DNA from: Deltaproteobacteria bacterium
Lineage (GTDB): Bacteria; Myxococcota_A; Polyangia; Polyangiales; Houyiibacteriaceae
Assembly (NCBI GenBank): GCA_034670305.1
Contig: JAXMNT010000003.1
Location: 1 to 64,000, forward strand
Direction: 5' to 3'
Length of the DNA stretch: 64,000 nt
A program made the translations under genes and the position numbers. Shown one piece after another: positions 39,437 to 49,574 of the stretch. The stretch's first letter is position 1; every line of letters starts with the position of its first letter. Under the pieces are notes generated by a model. It worked only from the letters and a program-made list of their open reading frames with translations. It was not told where the DNA came from and made no database searches.

Positions 39437-40057
39437 ATGTCCCGTTATACCGGCCCCCGCGTGAAAAAAATGCGTGCATTGGGGATCGACCTTCCCGGTC
39501 TCTCCCGCAAGACGATGTGGAACCGAGCGTACCCGCCCGGCGAGCATGGTCCCCGCAACGCCCGACGACGCAAAGAGTCGGACTTCAAGAAGCAGCTCGC
39601 TGAAAAGCAGAAGCTGCGCTTCAACTATGGCCTGACCGAGCGTCAGTTTCGTCGGTTGTTCATCGAGGCGAAGCAGAGCAAGGCCTCGACGCCCGACCAG
39701 CTGCTGGAGTTCCTCGAGTGTCGACTGGACAACGCGGTGTTCCGCGCCGGGTTCGCGCCGACGATTCCGGCCGCCCGCCAGCTCGTCCGCCACCGTCACA
39801 TCCTCGTGAACGGCAAGCGCGTCGACATCCCGAGCTACCGCCTGAAGATCGGCGACGAGATCACCCTTCGGCCGAAGTCGAAGGACCTCACCGTGGTCGC
39901 CGAGTCGCTTGAGAAGATTTCGCTGACGCGCCCCGAGTGGATGCGCTTCGACGACGACACCCGCGCCGCCCGAGTGGCCGAGCTCCCGACCCCGGACGCC
40001 GTGCCGTTCCCCGTCGAGATGCAGCTCATCGTCGAGTACTACTCGAAGCGCCTGTAG
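39437..40057 (+). CDS. rpsD: 30S ribosomal protein S4 (stand-alone copy)
   Basis: MSRYTGPR, PPGEHG, QL.EKQKLRFNYG, LE.RLDN.VFR.GFA.T...ARQLV.H.H, IVEYYS. Confidence 0.97.
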   Translation: MSRYTGPRVKKMRALGIDLPGLSRKTMWNRAYPPGEHGPRNARRRKESDFKKQLAEKQKLRFNYGLTERQFRRLFIEAKQSKASTPDQLLEFLECRLDNAVFRAGFAPTIPAARQLVRHRHILVNGKRVDIPSYRLKIGDEITLRPKSKDLTVVAESLEKISLTRPEWMRFDDDTRAARVAELPTPDAVPFPVEMQLIVEYYSKRL

Positions 40058-40308
40058 TTTCTCGTTTCTCGTTCGCTTCGCGACAGCCCACACCCGGTCC
40101 ACTTCGGATCGGGTGTTTGCGTTCCGTCTGCCGCGTCGGGCCTGGCTCGCTTGCCGAGGCGGCCCTACGTAGAGCACGCATCCTCCCGGGCACGCGCCCC
40201 GGGGCACGTGCGGACAATGCTTGCGACCCGCGAGGCGACTGCTAACCAAACCCTCCCTTCCCTGCCCGCAAGGGCGTCCCCCAACCCCCATCAGGAAAGA
40301 GATCCCCC

Positions 40309-40845
40309 ATGCTCACCGTTGGTGACAAGTTCCCCCACTTCGAACTCCAGGCCTGCGTCTCCCGCGAGAAGGGCAAAGAGTTCCAGCAGATCAACCAGAA
40401 CTCCTACGAGGGCAAATGGCTCTGCGTGTTCTTCTGGCCGATGGACTTCACGTTCGTCTGCCCCACCGAGATCGCCGAGTTCGGCCGCCGCGACGGCGAC
40501 TTCTCCGACCGCGACTGTCAGGTGCTGGGCGCGAGCACGGACTCCCACTTCGTCCACCTCGCTTGGCGCAACGACCACGAGGATCTGAAGGAGCTCCCCT
40601 TCCCGATGCTTGCCGACATCAAGCACGAGCTCTCCGATGAACTCGGTGTGATCGCCAAGGACGCGGGCGTGTGTCTCCGAGCAACCTTCCTCGTCGACCC
40701 GCAGGGCATCATTCGCTGGGCGAGCGTCAACGACCTCTCGGTCGGCCGCTCGGTCCCCGAGGTGCTGCGGGTGCTCGACGGCCTTCAGAGCGACGAGCTC
40801 TGTCCCTGCAACTGGGAGAAGGGTCAGCCGACCCTCCAGGTCTGA
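40309..40845 (+). CDS. ahpC: 2-Cys peroxiredoxin AhpC
   Basis: FFWPMDFTFVCPTEI, VGRS..EVLR, LCPCNW. Confidence 0.95.
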   Translation: MLTVGDKFPHFELQACVSREKGKEFQQINQNSYEGKWLCVFFWPMDFTFVCPTEIAEFGRRDGDFSDRDCQVLGASTDSHFVHLAWRNDHEDLKELPFPMLADIKHELSDELGVIAKDAGVCLRATFLVDPQGIIRWASVNDLSVGRSVPEVLRVLDGLQSDELCPCNWEKGQPTLQV

Positions 40846-40863
40846 GGCTGGTTCACGAGGAAC

Positions 40864-40891
40864 GCGCCATCCGCGAGGGTGGCGCTTTTTT
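40864..40891 (+). terminator. Rho-independent terminator
   Basis: GCGCCATCC-GCGA-GGGTGGCGC followed by TTTTTT. Confidence 0.85.
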
Positions 40892-40907
40892 CGTTTCGGA
40901 CCCCGCG

Positions 40908-41429
40908 CTAGATCATCGACAAGACGCAGGCGGCGGCGCGCATCGTCGACGCGATGCGAATCGCGTGCACGACATCCTCGCGCGAGAGTCCGCCGTCCGT
41001 CACGACCTTCTCGTGCGACCGCATGCAGACCTCGCACCCGTTGATGGCGCTGACCGCCAGGCAGTAGAGTTCGAAGTCGAGCTTCTCCCCGGCCGGACGC
41101 GCGATCCGGTTCATGCGGAGCTTCGGGTGCATCTTCTCGTACTCGCCTCCGACCTGATGCCGGAACCGGTAGAACGTATTGTTCATCGCCATGAGCGACG
41201 CTGCAGCCCGCGCGTCGTCCAGCACCTCTGGCGCAACGCCCGCTTCTGCGGCATCGGAGAAGATGGCTTCACGCAATCCAGCGTGTCCGGCTGTGATGGC
41301 GCAGGCCGCCGCGGTGCCCCAGAGCTGGGCCGGGGTGAGGTTCGATTGGGTGAGCACCGACTGCAGATTGAGCTTGGTGTCCTTGGCGTACTCCGGGAAC
41401 TGCTGCCGGAGGATCTCGATCGCATTCAT
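40908..41429 (-). CDS. ahpD: Alkyl hydroperoxide reductase AhpD
   Basis: PEYAKD.KLNL, MAMNN.FYRF, LRMN, FEL..LAVSAINGC..C..SH. Confidence 0.93.
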   Translation of the reverse strand: MNAIEILRQQFPEYAKDTKLNLQSVLTQSNLTPAQLWGTAAACAITAGHAGLREAIFSDAAEAGVAPEVLDDARAAASLMAMNNTFYRFRHQVGGEYEKMHPKLRMNRIARPAGEKLDFELYCLAVSAINGCEVCMRSHEKVVTDGGLSREDVVHAIRIASTMRAAACVLSMI

Positions 41430-41716
41430 GCATCGGTTCTGAAGACATCACGCCCGGTGTCAAGGGCGGACCGAATACTCGACGCGGCGAAGCCCAGCGA
41501 AGCGAGCACACCGAGACGGGTTTGGGGCCGTGCCCCCGAGGAGCAGGAGCTGAACGCGCGAAGCGTGGGCGACTGTGCGCCGCGTCTACGAAGGCGGGGC
41601 TCACGGACGCGGCGCTCAGCTGATTGCGGGGTCCGCGCTCGGGCCCTTCAATCCGGCTAGCCGTGGCTCACCGTGTCACGGACGGGGGCCGTGCCCCCAA
41701 GATATCCGTCCGCGTG

Positions 41717-42538
41717 CTACTCGAGGCGGTAGCGGATCGGCAATGCGATCTCGCGGGTCTGCCACGCGAGCACTTCGGGCGGCTCGGGCACGACCGGCAC
41801 CCGCTGCACGTGGGCCAACGCGGCGTCGTCCAGGAGCGGTTCGCCACTCTCGGTCCGCACGCGCACGCCGAGCACGCGGCCTTCTGGATCGATGCGCAAC
41901 GAGACCATCACCGTGCCTTCGAGCTGCGCCCGCAGGAGCGAACGCGTGTATCGGGGCGCACCGAGCGCGCGCTGAACTTCTCGCAGGTACGCCTGGATGA
42001 CAGCCCGCCGGTCGACAGGCGGCGGCGCCGGCGCCGCACGGCCAGGACCCAGCCGACCGCCCTCGCCGCCATGGCCGGCCGGTCGGTCGACCGTGAGTCC
42101 GCCTTCGGTGGACACCACGCTGCCGGCCGCTTCGTGAGAAGCAGCTTCCGTCGCGAGCGGGTCGCCGACTTCTTCCGTGGTCTCCGTCTCGGCTTCGGCG
42201 GCCTCGGGTCGGGGTTCAGAGACTTCGGGACGCACGCGCACCGGGGCGGGCGGCGGGGGTGGGGCTTCGATGATCTCCTCGATCTCTTCCACCTCCTCCA
42301 ACTCCGGTTCGGGCTCGGGTTCGGGCATCTCGAACATGCCCATGAACACCGGCTCTGGAGACTGGAAGACCGGTCCGCCTTCGCTCGGCATCGCACCAGC
42401 GATCAACACGTGCCCAAGCACGGATGCCACCACGAACGCGCCGATGAACCCTTGCGAGGGTTCCTTCCATGCGGCGATCGGATCCGGTCGGCTGGGCGCG
42501 CTCGTGCGTTCGTCGAGCAGCGCGGCCCGGGGACTCAT
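41717..42538 (-). CDS. TonB-family energy transducer
   Basis: TM with SxxxH (SVLGH), Pro/Glu linker, C-terminal Y.....R...EG.V.V...I...G.V...SG...LD.AAL; start ATG42538 or GTG42571. Confidence 0.85.
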   Translation of the reverse strand: MSPRAALLDERTSAPSRPDPIAAWKEPSQGFIGAFVVASVLGHVLIAGAMPSEGGPVFQSPEPVFMGMFEMPEPEPEPELEEVEEIEEIIEAPPPPPAPVRVRPEVSEPRPEAAEAETETTEEVGDPLATEAASHEAAGSVVSTEGGLTVDRPAGHGGEGGRLGPGRAAPAPPPVDRRAVIQAYLREVQRALGAPRYTRSLLRAQLEGTVMVSLRIDPEGRVLGVRVRTESGEPLLDDAALAHVQRVPVVPEPPEVLAWQTREIALPIRYRLE

Positions 42539-42575
42539 GGAAGGGGCAGAAGCGTGCGAAGGGGGCGGCACCCGT

Positions 42576-42602
42576 TGAAGATGAAACGGTTTTTCATTTT
42601 CA
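42576..42602. promoter_or_regulatory. AT-rich palindromic operator, Fur-box-like
   Basis: TGAAGATGAAA-cggtt-TTTCATTTTCA (10/11 inverted match) directly upstream of tonB. Confidence 0.6.
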
Positions 42603-42641
42603 GCAAGGCCGAATCAGCGCGAAAACGTCAATGATTCCGGA

Positions 42642-43241
42642 TCAGGTTCCGCTCGCAGCCGTGGCCGCTGCCTGCGCCGAGCGCCGATGGGCTCGGAAAT
42701 GTTGGTAGCAGACCGGAACGTAGCGCTCATCCGCGCCGAGCTGGATCTGGGGGCCGTCGACGGCCGCCACCCCATCCACCAGCCGCAGATTGAACACTGC
42801 CTTCCTGCCGCACTCGAAACAGGTGACCTTCACCTCTTCGATCGTGTCCGCGAGCTCCAAGAGCCGTCGCGAACCGACGAAGAGCCGCGCCTGGAAGTCG
42901 GTCCGAAGGCCGTAGCAGATGACCGGAACACCATGATCCACGGTCAGATCCCGGAGCTGATCGATGACGGACTCGGACAAGAACTGCGCTTCGTCCACGA
43001 GCAAACAGTCGAGCTCCGCGAGTTCCGCGACGGGCAGCACACTGTCTGGGTCGACCAGATACTCGGCATCCGCTTCGAGCCCAGACCGCGAACGGATCGC
43101 CTTCGAGCCGAACCGGTCGTCGAGTCGCGGCTTCATCAACGCACACCGTTTGCCCTGCTTCCGGTAGTTGTGCGCCACCGCGAGCAGGTTCATCGTCTTG
43201 GCGCTGTCCATGGTGCCATACCGAAAGTAGAGCTTGGCCAT
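42642..43241 (-). CDS. tdk: Thymidine kinase
   Basis: AKLYFRYGTMDSAKT, VDEAQFL, YGLRTDF, C..C...Y.PVC..H. Confidence 0.95.
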   Translation of the reverse strand: MAKLYFRYGTMDSAKTMNLLAVAHNYRKQGKRCALMKPRLDDRFGSKAIRSRSGLEADAEYLVDPDSVLPVAELAELDCLLVDEAQFLSESVIDQLRDLTVDHGVPVICYGLRTDFQARLFVGSRRLLELADTIEEVKVTCFECGRKAVFNLRLVDGVAAVDGPQIQLGADERYVPVCYQHFRAHRRSAQAAATAASGT

Positions 43242-43331
43242 CGCGGCGGAGTATCACAAACGTCAGCAAAAACCACGACGTGGACCAGCTGCCTTTGATG
43301 GTAGACCCTCCCCGAGCTACCATGCCGAGAC

Positions 43332-44975
43332 GTGACCGCCGTGCCCACTAGCGAAGAAGAAGTCATCGTTGGCACGACGATCGGCGGGCGCTTTCGGATC
43401 GACTCACGCATCGCCGCGGGCGGCATGGGTGTGGTCTACAAAGCGGAGCAGGTCCCCCTCGGTCGGCCCGTCGCCGTGAAGATCCTCCGGGCGCCCAACG
43501 ACCCGCGGATGGACGAGAGCTTCAGCAAACGTTTCCTGCTCGAAGCGGCGGCCGTTGCGAACCTGGCCCATCCCCACACCATCGTGGTCCACGACTACGG
43601 TCGCGATGGCGAAGTCCTCTACTTCGCGATGGAGTTCCTCGAGGGCGCGACCCTCACCGGCCGCGTTCGAAAAAAGGGGCCCATGCCGCCCGCCGAAGCG
43701 ATCCACGTCGGCAAGCAGATCGCGAGCTCGCTCCAGGACGCGCACGAAGCCGGCCTGGTGCACCGCGATCTCAAACCCGGCAACGTGATGCTCATCTCGC
43801 GCGGCGGGGACCCCAACTACGTCAAGGTGCTCGACTTCGGCCTCGTGAAGATGGTCTCGACGGAAGAGAACGCCGCGCTCACGCAGAGCGGCATCATGCT
43901 CGGGTCGCCACGCTACATGTCGCCCGAACAAGTGCGCGGTAAGGGCGACGTCGATCACCGAGCGGACATCTACAGCTTCGGCGCGATGCTCTGCTTCATG
44001 TTGACCGCGAAACCGCCGTTCCCAGCCGGTTCGCAGTTCGAGGCGATGCGTGCGCACGTCTACACGGCACCCCCAGCGCTCCGCGAGCTCGATCCGAAAT
44101 GCACCGCCAGCCAGCGGGTGCAGCAGTTGATTCACAAGTGCCTCGCGAAGAAACCGGACGAACGTTTCCAGTCGATGGCAGAGCTGCTTCAAGCGCTCGC
44201 GCACGCGGAACTCGCCCCGGTCGACACCAACGGTGCGCAGGACGAGAAGCCCACGATGATGTCGGCCGAGTCGCCGCGCGAGCAGCCCCACGTGGCTCCG
44301 CAACCGCTGGCTCCGCCTGCGCCTACCCCGACCCCTTCTCCCGCGCCAAGTTTCACTGGTCCGCCGCAGCAAGAGGCGCACACCCAATCGTTCAAGCCGC
44401 TTCCGTCCGAGGGGGCGTCCGGTAGCTACATCGGACCCGTGCACAGCCCTGCCCGCGTCTGGGGAGTGCGCATTGCCGCCGGCCTACTCGTGGTCGCCGG
44501 TGCCGCCGGTGCGGCGCTTCTGGTGGGGCAGAACGACGACCCAGTCGTGGAACCACTGCCACCTCGCGAGCCGACCGTGGTCGAGACCCCGGTGGCCCCC
44601 CCAACCGAGATGGCCGCTGATCCCGTCGAGACCCAACAGGTGCGCACCGTCGTGCAGTCCGACCCCTCGCCGGCGCGCGTCCTTCGCAACGGGCACGATC
44701 TCGGAGACACCCCGCTTACGCTCCTGATGCCCGAGGGGGCCGAGTGGGAGCTCGAACTCTCCGCCCGCGGGTACGAAACGCGCAGCATCCGCTTGCGAGG
44801 CGGCGTCGAACCCGAGCGACTCGTGCGCTTGGAACGATCGCCCGAGACCACGAGGATGACCACCACGACGATGCGGCGGCCAGAGCCGATGGTCGACACC
44901 CCGATCATGATCGAGCGGGTCGAGATGCAGATGTCGATGGAACCGGCCGGCCCGATTCGAAACCCCTGGGACTGA
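43332..44975 (+). CDS. Membrane Ser/Thr protein kinase with a C-terminal PEGA-like domain
   Basis: GGMGVVY, VAVKIL, HRDLKPGN, DFG, YMSPEQ, D.YS.G; TM; S.P..A.V...G..LG.TP. Confidence 0.93.
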   Translation: MTAVPTSEEEVIVGTTIGGRFRIDSRIAAGGMGVVYKAEQVPLGRPVAVKILRAPNDPRMDESFSKRFLLEAAAVANLAHPHTIVVHDYGRDGEVLYFAMEFLEGATLTGRVRKKGPMPPAEAIHVGKQIASSLQDAHEAGLVHRDLKPGNVMLISRGGDPNYVKVLDFGLVKMVSTEENAALTQSGIMLGSPRYMSPEQVRGKGDVDHRADIYSFGAMLCFMLTAKPPFPAGSQFEAMRAHVYTAPPALRELDPKCTASQRVQQLIHKCLAKKPDERFQSMAELLQALAHAELAPVDTNGAQDEKPTMMSAESPREQPHVAPQPLAPPAPTPTPSPAPSFTGPPQQEAHTQSFKPLPSEGASGSYIGPVHSPARVWGVRIAAGLLVVAGAAGAALLVGQNDDPVVEPLPPREPTVVETPVAPPTEMAADPVETQQVRTVVQSDPSPARVLRNGHDLGDTPLTLLMPEGAEWELELSARGYETRSIRLRGGVEPERLVRLERSPETTRMTTTTMRRPEPMVDTPIMIERVEMQMSMEPAGPIRNPWD

Positions 44976-45119
44976 CCGCTGCGCGCGCCGGGCCACACGT
45001 GCGCCCCGTGCGAAGTGTCAGCGTCCGATGGGAACGGTACACTCGGCCGCCCATGCCTTCCCGATCGACCGCTGCCCCGACGCAAGCCCCACCCTTCCGC
45101 CCGATCCTCGTGACCGCTC

Positions 45120-47798
45120 ATGGCGCGTGAACGCGTCATTCTCGTCGATGGCACCGCGCTGATCTTCCGCGCGTTCTTTGCCATCCCCGCCACCTTCCGG
45201 AGTTCGGCCGGGGTGCCGACCAACGCCACCTACGGGTTCGCGCTGATGTTCCGCCGCATTCTCGCTGGCAAGACGCCGAAGTTCGGCGCGGTCATCTTCG
45301 ACGCGCCCGGCAAGACGTTTCGGGACGACAAGTACCCGAAGTACAAAGCACAGCGTCCGCCCATGCCCAGCGACATGCGGGTGCAGATCGACTGGATCAA
45401 GAAGGTCGTGGAGGCGCACGACTTTCCGATGATGAGCATCCCGGGCTACGAGGCCGACGACGTCATCGGCACGCTGACCCGTGAGGCGGTCGAGGCGGGC
45501 CACGAGGTCCAGATCGTCTCGGGCGACAAAGACTTTGCCCAGCTCGTCAGCGCCGACGTGCGCATGCTCGATACGATGAAGGACGTCTCCTACGACCCGG
45601 AGCTCGTCCGAAAGAAGTGGGGCGTGCCGCCCGAGAAGTTCGTCGACTTCCTCGCGCTGGTTGGCGACAAAGCCGACAACATTCCGGGCGTGCCTGGCAT
45701 CGGCAAGAAGACCGCGACCACCCTGCTCGAGAAGTACGGCGACCTCGAGACCGTGCTCTCGAGCACTGGCGAGCTCAAAGGCAAACAGAAGGAGAACCTC
45801 GAGAACCACGCGGACGACGCGCGGATGTCCAAGGACCTCGCGACCATCGACGTAAAGGTGCCGCTCGAGCTGAACGTCACCGAGCTGACGATCCCCGAGG
45901 TGGACAAGTCGAAGGTCGACGCGCTCTATCAGGAGCTCGAGTTCTTCTCGCTCCTCAGCGGCGACGGCGCCACCGAACGCGCCGAGGACGCGGACTACCG
46001 GGCGCTCACCGCAGACGAAGTCGACGACTACTTCCAGACGCTCGGCCAAGACGGATCCACGACGGGCGTGCAACTGCTGCACGGACTCGACTCATCCATC
46101 TACGGCGCGCTGCTGGGCCTCGCATTCTCCACGGCCGGAGCGAAGGAATCCGTCGCGCGCTATCTGCCGCTGGCCGGCGACGGTGCGCTCACCGGTGCCA
46201 AGGTGCGAAAGACGGTCGGCGCGTGGCTCGCCGACCCGAAGCGCAAGAAGGTGACCCACGACCTGCGCGACGTGGTCTGCATTCTCGAAGGCGCGGGCAT
46301 GACCATCGACGGAGTGGTCGGCGACACCCGCTATGCGTCGTACCTGATCGATCCGACCGGCGACATTCCGCACCGGCTCGACCAGATCGCACGCCGGTTC
46401 CTGCACCGCACCCTCATCCCACTCAAGAACCTGATCGGCAGCGGCAAGACGGTCAAGGACATCACCGACGTCGAGCTGGCCGAGGTCGCCTCGTTCGCCG
46501 GTCACCTCGCGCGCGCGATCGCCGAGGCATGGCCGGTCGTGTCGGCCGCCTGCGAGGAACGCGGACAGACCCGCTACTTGGAAGAAGTGTCGCTGCCACT
46601 CGCCCGCGTGCTCGCGCGCATGCAACGCATCGGCATCGGTGCGGACGCGACGATCTTTGACGCGCTCGGCAAAGAGTTCACCGAACGTCGGCTCACGGTA
46701 GAGAAGCGCATTCACGAACTCGCCGGACGGAAGTTCAACGTCGGGTCCGGCAAGCAGCTCGGCGCCGTGCTCTTCGACGAACTCAAACTCCCGGTGATCA
46801 AGCGCACGAAGACCGGGTACTCCACCGCCGCCGACGTCTTGGAACGCCTCGCACCCAAACACGAGATCGCGACGCTCGTCGTGGACTGGCGCGCGCTCGC
46901 CAAACTGGTGAACACCTACACGCGTGTGCTGAGCGAAGCGATTCGCCCGGACACCGGCCGCATCCATTGCCGCGTTCAACAAACCGTCAGCGCGTCGGGC
47001 CGCCTCATCAGCACCGATCCGGACTTGCAACGCACCCCGATTCGAACTCCGGACGGCCGCCGAATCCGCGAAGCGTTCGTGGCGGAGAAGGGGTTCGTGA
47101 TGGTGAGCGCGGACTGGAGTCAGATCGAGCTGCGCATCCTCGCGCACATCACGGAAGATCCGAAACTCGTCGAGTCGTTCCAGAAGGGCATCGATGTGCA
47201 CCGCCGCACCGCGAGCGAGATCTACGACATCGATCCGCAAGACGTGGACGCGACCCAGCGCAACGTCGGCAAGACCGTGAACTTCGCCACGATCTACGGC
47301 CAGGGCGCGGTGGCGCTCGGCCAGAGCCTCGGCATGCCGCGGTCCGAAGCGAAAGATCTCATCGACCGGTACTTTCAAGTCTACGCCGGAGTACGCGATT
47401 GGCTCGACGAGACGATCGCGGAGGCGCATCAACTCGGCTACTGCGAGACGGTGCTCGGTCGCCGGCGCCTCATTCCGGAGCTGAGCAGCCGCAGCCCGAC
47501 GGACATCGCGTACGGCGAACGCATCGCCGCCAACACGCCCATTCAAGGCAGCGCCGCCGACATCTGCAAACTCGCGATGCTGGCGATCGACGCGCGCATC
47601 CAAAAGGAGAAGCTCCGGTCCCGGATGCTGCTCCAGATCCACGACGAGCTGGTCTTCGAAGCCCCGCCCGACGAACTCGACACGCTCGTGGCGTTGGTCC
47701 GAGAGTGTATGGAACACCCGCTGCCCGACGACCTCGCACTCGACGTGCCGCTCGTCGTGGACATCGGACACGGCGCGAGCTGGTCCGCCGCCCACTGA
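45120..47798 (+). CDS. polA: DNA polymerase I
   Basis: 5'-3' exonuclease (EADD, GDKD, GDKADNIPGV), motif A DWSQIELR, motif B K.VNFATIYG, motif C IHDE; proofreading motifs look degenerate. Confidence 0.97.
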   Translation: MARERVILVDGTALIFRAFFAIPATFRSSAGVPTNATYGFALMFRRILAGKTPKFGAVIFDAPGKTFRDDKYPKYKAQRPPMPSDMRVQIDWIKKVVEAHDFPMMSIPGYEADDVIGTLTREAVEAGHEVQIVSGDKDFAQLVSADVRMLDTMKDVSYDPELVRKKWGVPPEKFVDFLALVGDKADNIPGVPGIGKKTATTLLEKYGDLETVLSSTGELKGKQKENLENHADDARMSKDLATIDVKVPLELNVTELTIPEVDKSKVDALYQELEFFSLLSGDGATERAEDADYRALTADEVDDYFQTLGQDGSTTGVQLLHGLDSSIYGALLGLAFSTAGAKESVARYLPLAGDGALTGAKVRKTVGAWLADPKRKKVTHDLRDVVCILEGAGMTIDGVVGDTRYASYLIDPTGDIPHRLDQIARRFLHRTLIPLKNLIGSGKTVKDITDVELAEVASFAGHLARAIAEAWPVVSAACEERGQTRYLEEVSLPLARVLARMQRIGIGADATIFDALGKEFTERRLTVEKRIHELAGRKFNVGSGKQLGAVLFDELKLPVIKRTKTGYSTAADVLERLAPKHEIATLVVDWRALAKLVNTYTRVLSEAIRPDTGRIHCRVQQTVSASGRLISTDPDLQRTPIRTPDGRRIREAFVAEKGFVMVSADWSQIELRILAHITEDPKLVESFQKGIDVHRRTASEIYDIDPQDVDATQRNVGKTVNFATIYGQGAVALGQSLGMPRSEAKDLIDRYFQVYAGVRDWLDETIAEAHQLGYCETVLGRRRLIPELSSRSPTDIAYGERIAANTPIQGSAADICKLAMLAIDARIQKEKLRSRMLLQIHDELVFEAPPDELDTLVALVRECMEHPLPDDLALDVPLVVDIGHGASWSAAH

Positions 47799-47911
47799 GC
47801 CCGCGGGCGCGCAAGCTCCGAGGCAGAGTCAGAGTCCGCAGCAGCGTCCCCTGAACCCGGCGCCCGGCTGGGCCGGCTTCTCGTGTCCGCGCGTGGGTGG
47901 TACCACGCAGC

Positions 47912-49429
47912 ATGGCTTCTCGATTGGGTGCGTGGCTCGGGCTGGCGACCGTGACCGCGTTGGTCGGACTCGGATGCAGCGCCGACACCTGCGACTTCGA
48001 TTCGGACTGCCGGGACGGACTGCGCTGCATCAGCCGGCAATGCCGGTTGGAGTGCCGCTCCAGCGCGGACTGCGAAGGCGGCGCGTCCTGCACCGAGGGG
48101 CGGTGCGCTGCGCCCTCGGACGGCGGCATCGATTCGGGCCTGCCCGACGCGCCAGACAGCGGAAACGACTCGGGCGGGATGGACAGTGGCACGCGCGACG
48201 CCGCCGCCCCGTCGGATGGGGGACCGAGAGACACCGGAGCCGAGATCGATGCCGAGCCGCCCGATGCAGGCGGCGACCCGGGCGACACCGGAGCCGACGC
48301 CGGGATGGCAGACGCTGGAGCCGACGCGCCCGTCGGGCGCGGCAGCTACCTCTACCGCAGAATCCCCGTCGGTGGACTGAACGAGGCCACCCAGGTCGCG
48401 TTCCACCCCGATGGCACGTACGCGCTCGTGCTCGAGCGGAACAACGAGGTGCACGTGTTCGACTGGGCCACCGAGACCACGGTCCAGATCGATCTGCGCG
48501 TGGCGGGGCGCAGCGTCCGACTCGAAGACGTGCACTTCGATCCGAGCGGCGCGTACGCGTACCTCGTCGGGTACGAGACGAGTCCCGAAGCCGGCGTGAT
48601 CGTCCGCTTCGACGACGCGACGTGGCGCAGCGCGAGCGATGCCACCGCGTTCACGCGCCTCAGCGAGCGCCGCGCCGGCGAACGTTTCACCGCCATCGAG
48701 TTCCCAGAGCCTGGCGACAGCCCAGCCGGCGATGGGCGACCCGTCGTCCTGTCCGCGAGCGGCTCGGCTTCGTACATCGGCCGACTGCGCGAACTCGACC
48801 CCGCGGCCGACACGTTCGAGGGGTTGTTCGTGGCCCAAGCCATGTCGTCGAGCGCCGACGACCTCGCGTTCGTCGACAACGAGTTCGGGACCTGGGGCAT
48901 CGTGATCGTCGCTGGTCCCTCGGGCGCGGACACGAAGTACTACACCGAGATCGCCGGGGTGCCCGAGTGGCGCCCGGCGCCCGCCGCCACCCTCGGCAAC
49001 GTCTCGCGAGCCGCCGCCCACCCATCCACCGACTACGTGCTCGCGATCGGAACGTCTGGCCGCCGAGCGCATCGCTTTGAGGCTGGTACGTGGGGCCCGG
49101 CGAGCAGCGCGCCACGCTTCGCGACCCAGGGCGTCTTCGACGTGAGCTTCGCGCCCGATGGACAGCGCGCCTTGATCGTCGGACGCACATCGGTCGGGCG
49201 GGGCACGGTGATCGAGTACCGACACGACCTCTACTCCGAGATCGACATGACCGACGTCTCGATCTCAGGCTTCGAAGGACCGCCTTACAACGCCACCTCC
49301 AACACCTACCTGAACGACAGCGCGTTCCGACCCGGATGCGACGGTGGGCTCATCGTGGGCGGCGAGGTCTCGGCGGGCACCGGCATGCTGATCGAGTTCC
49401 AGATCGAAGCCGCCCGAGCCTGCCGCTAG
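47912..49429 (+). CDS. Lipoprotein with Cys-rich N-terminus, DAG linker and probable beta-propeller
   Basis: Lipobox GLGC; C..DSDC, C...ADC; repeated V.F.PDG/PSG blade-like motifs. Confidence 0.75.
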   Translation: MASRLGAWLGLATVTALVGLGCSADTCDFDSDCRDGLRCISRQCRLECRSSADCEGGASCTEGRCAAPSDGGIDSGLPDAPDSGNDSGGMDSGTRDAAAPSDGGPRDTGAEIDAEPPDAGGDPGDTGADAGMADAGADAPVGRGSYLYRRIPVGGLNEATQVAFHPDGTYALVLERNNEVHVFDWATETTVQIDLRVAGRSVRLEDVHFDPSGAYAYLVGYETSPEAGVIVRFDDATWRSASDATAFTRLSERRAGERFTAIEFPEPGDSPAGDGRPVVLSASGSASYIGRLRELDPAADTFEGLFVAQAMSSSADDLAFVDNEFGTWGIVIVAGPSGADTKYYTEIAGVPEWRPAPAATLGNVSRAAAHPSTDYVLAIGTSGRRAHRFEAGTWGPASSAPRFATQGVFDVSFAPDGQRALIVGRTSVGRGTVIEYRHDLYSEIDMTDVSISGFEGPPYNATSNTYLNDSAFRPGCDGGLIVGGEVSAGTGMLIEFQIEAARACR

Positions 49430-49574
49430 GCTCGATCCCCCTCGGACAGCAAACGCGTGGGCGTGCCCGTCAACCCGGACGTGCGCACCGACTGAGGACC
49501 ATCCGCGAACGAGTGGCGCTGCTCAGCGGTCCCGGAGATGGTTGGCCGGGCCCGCTTCGCTTACACGAAAGGTC

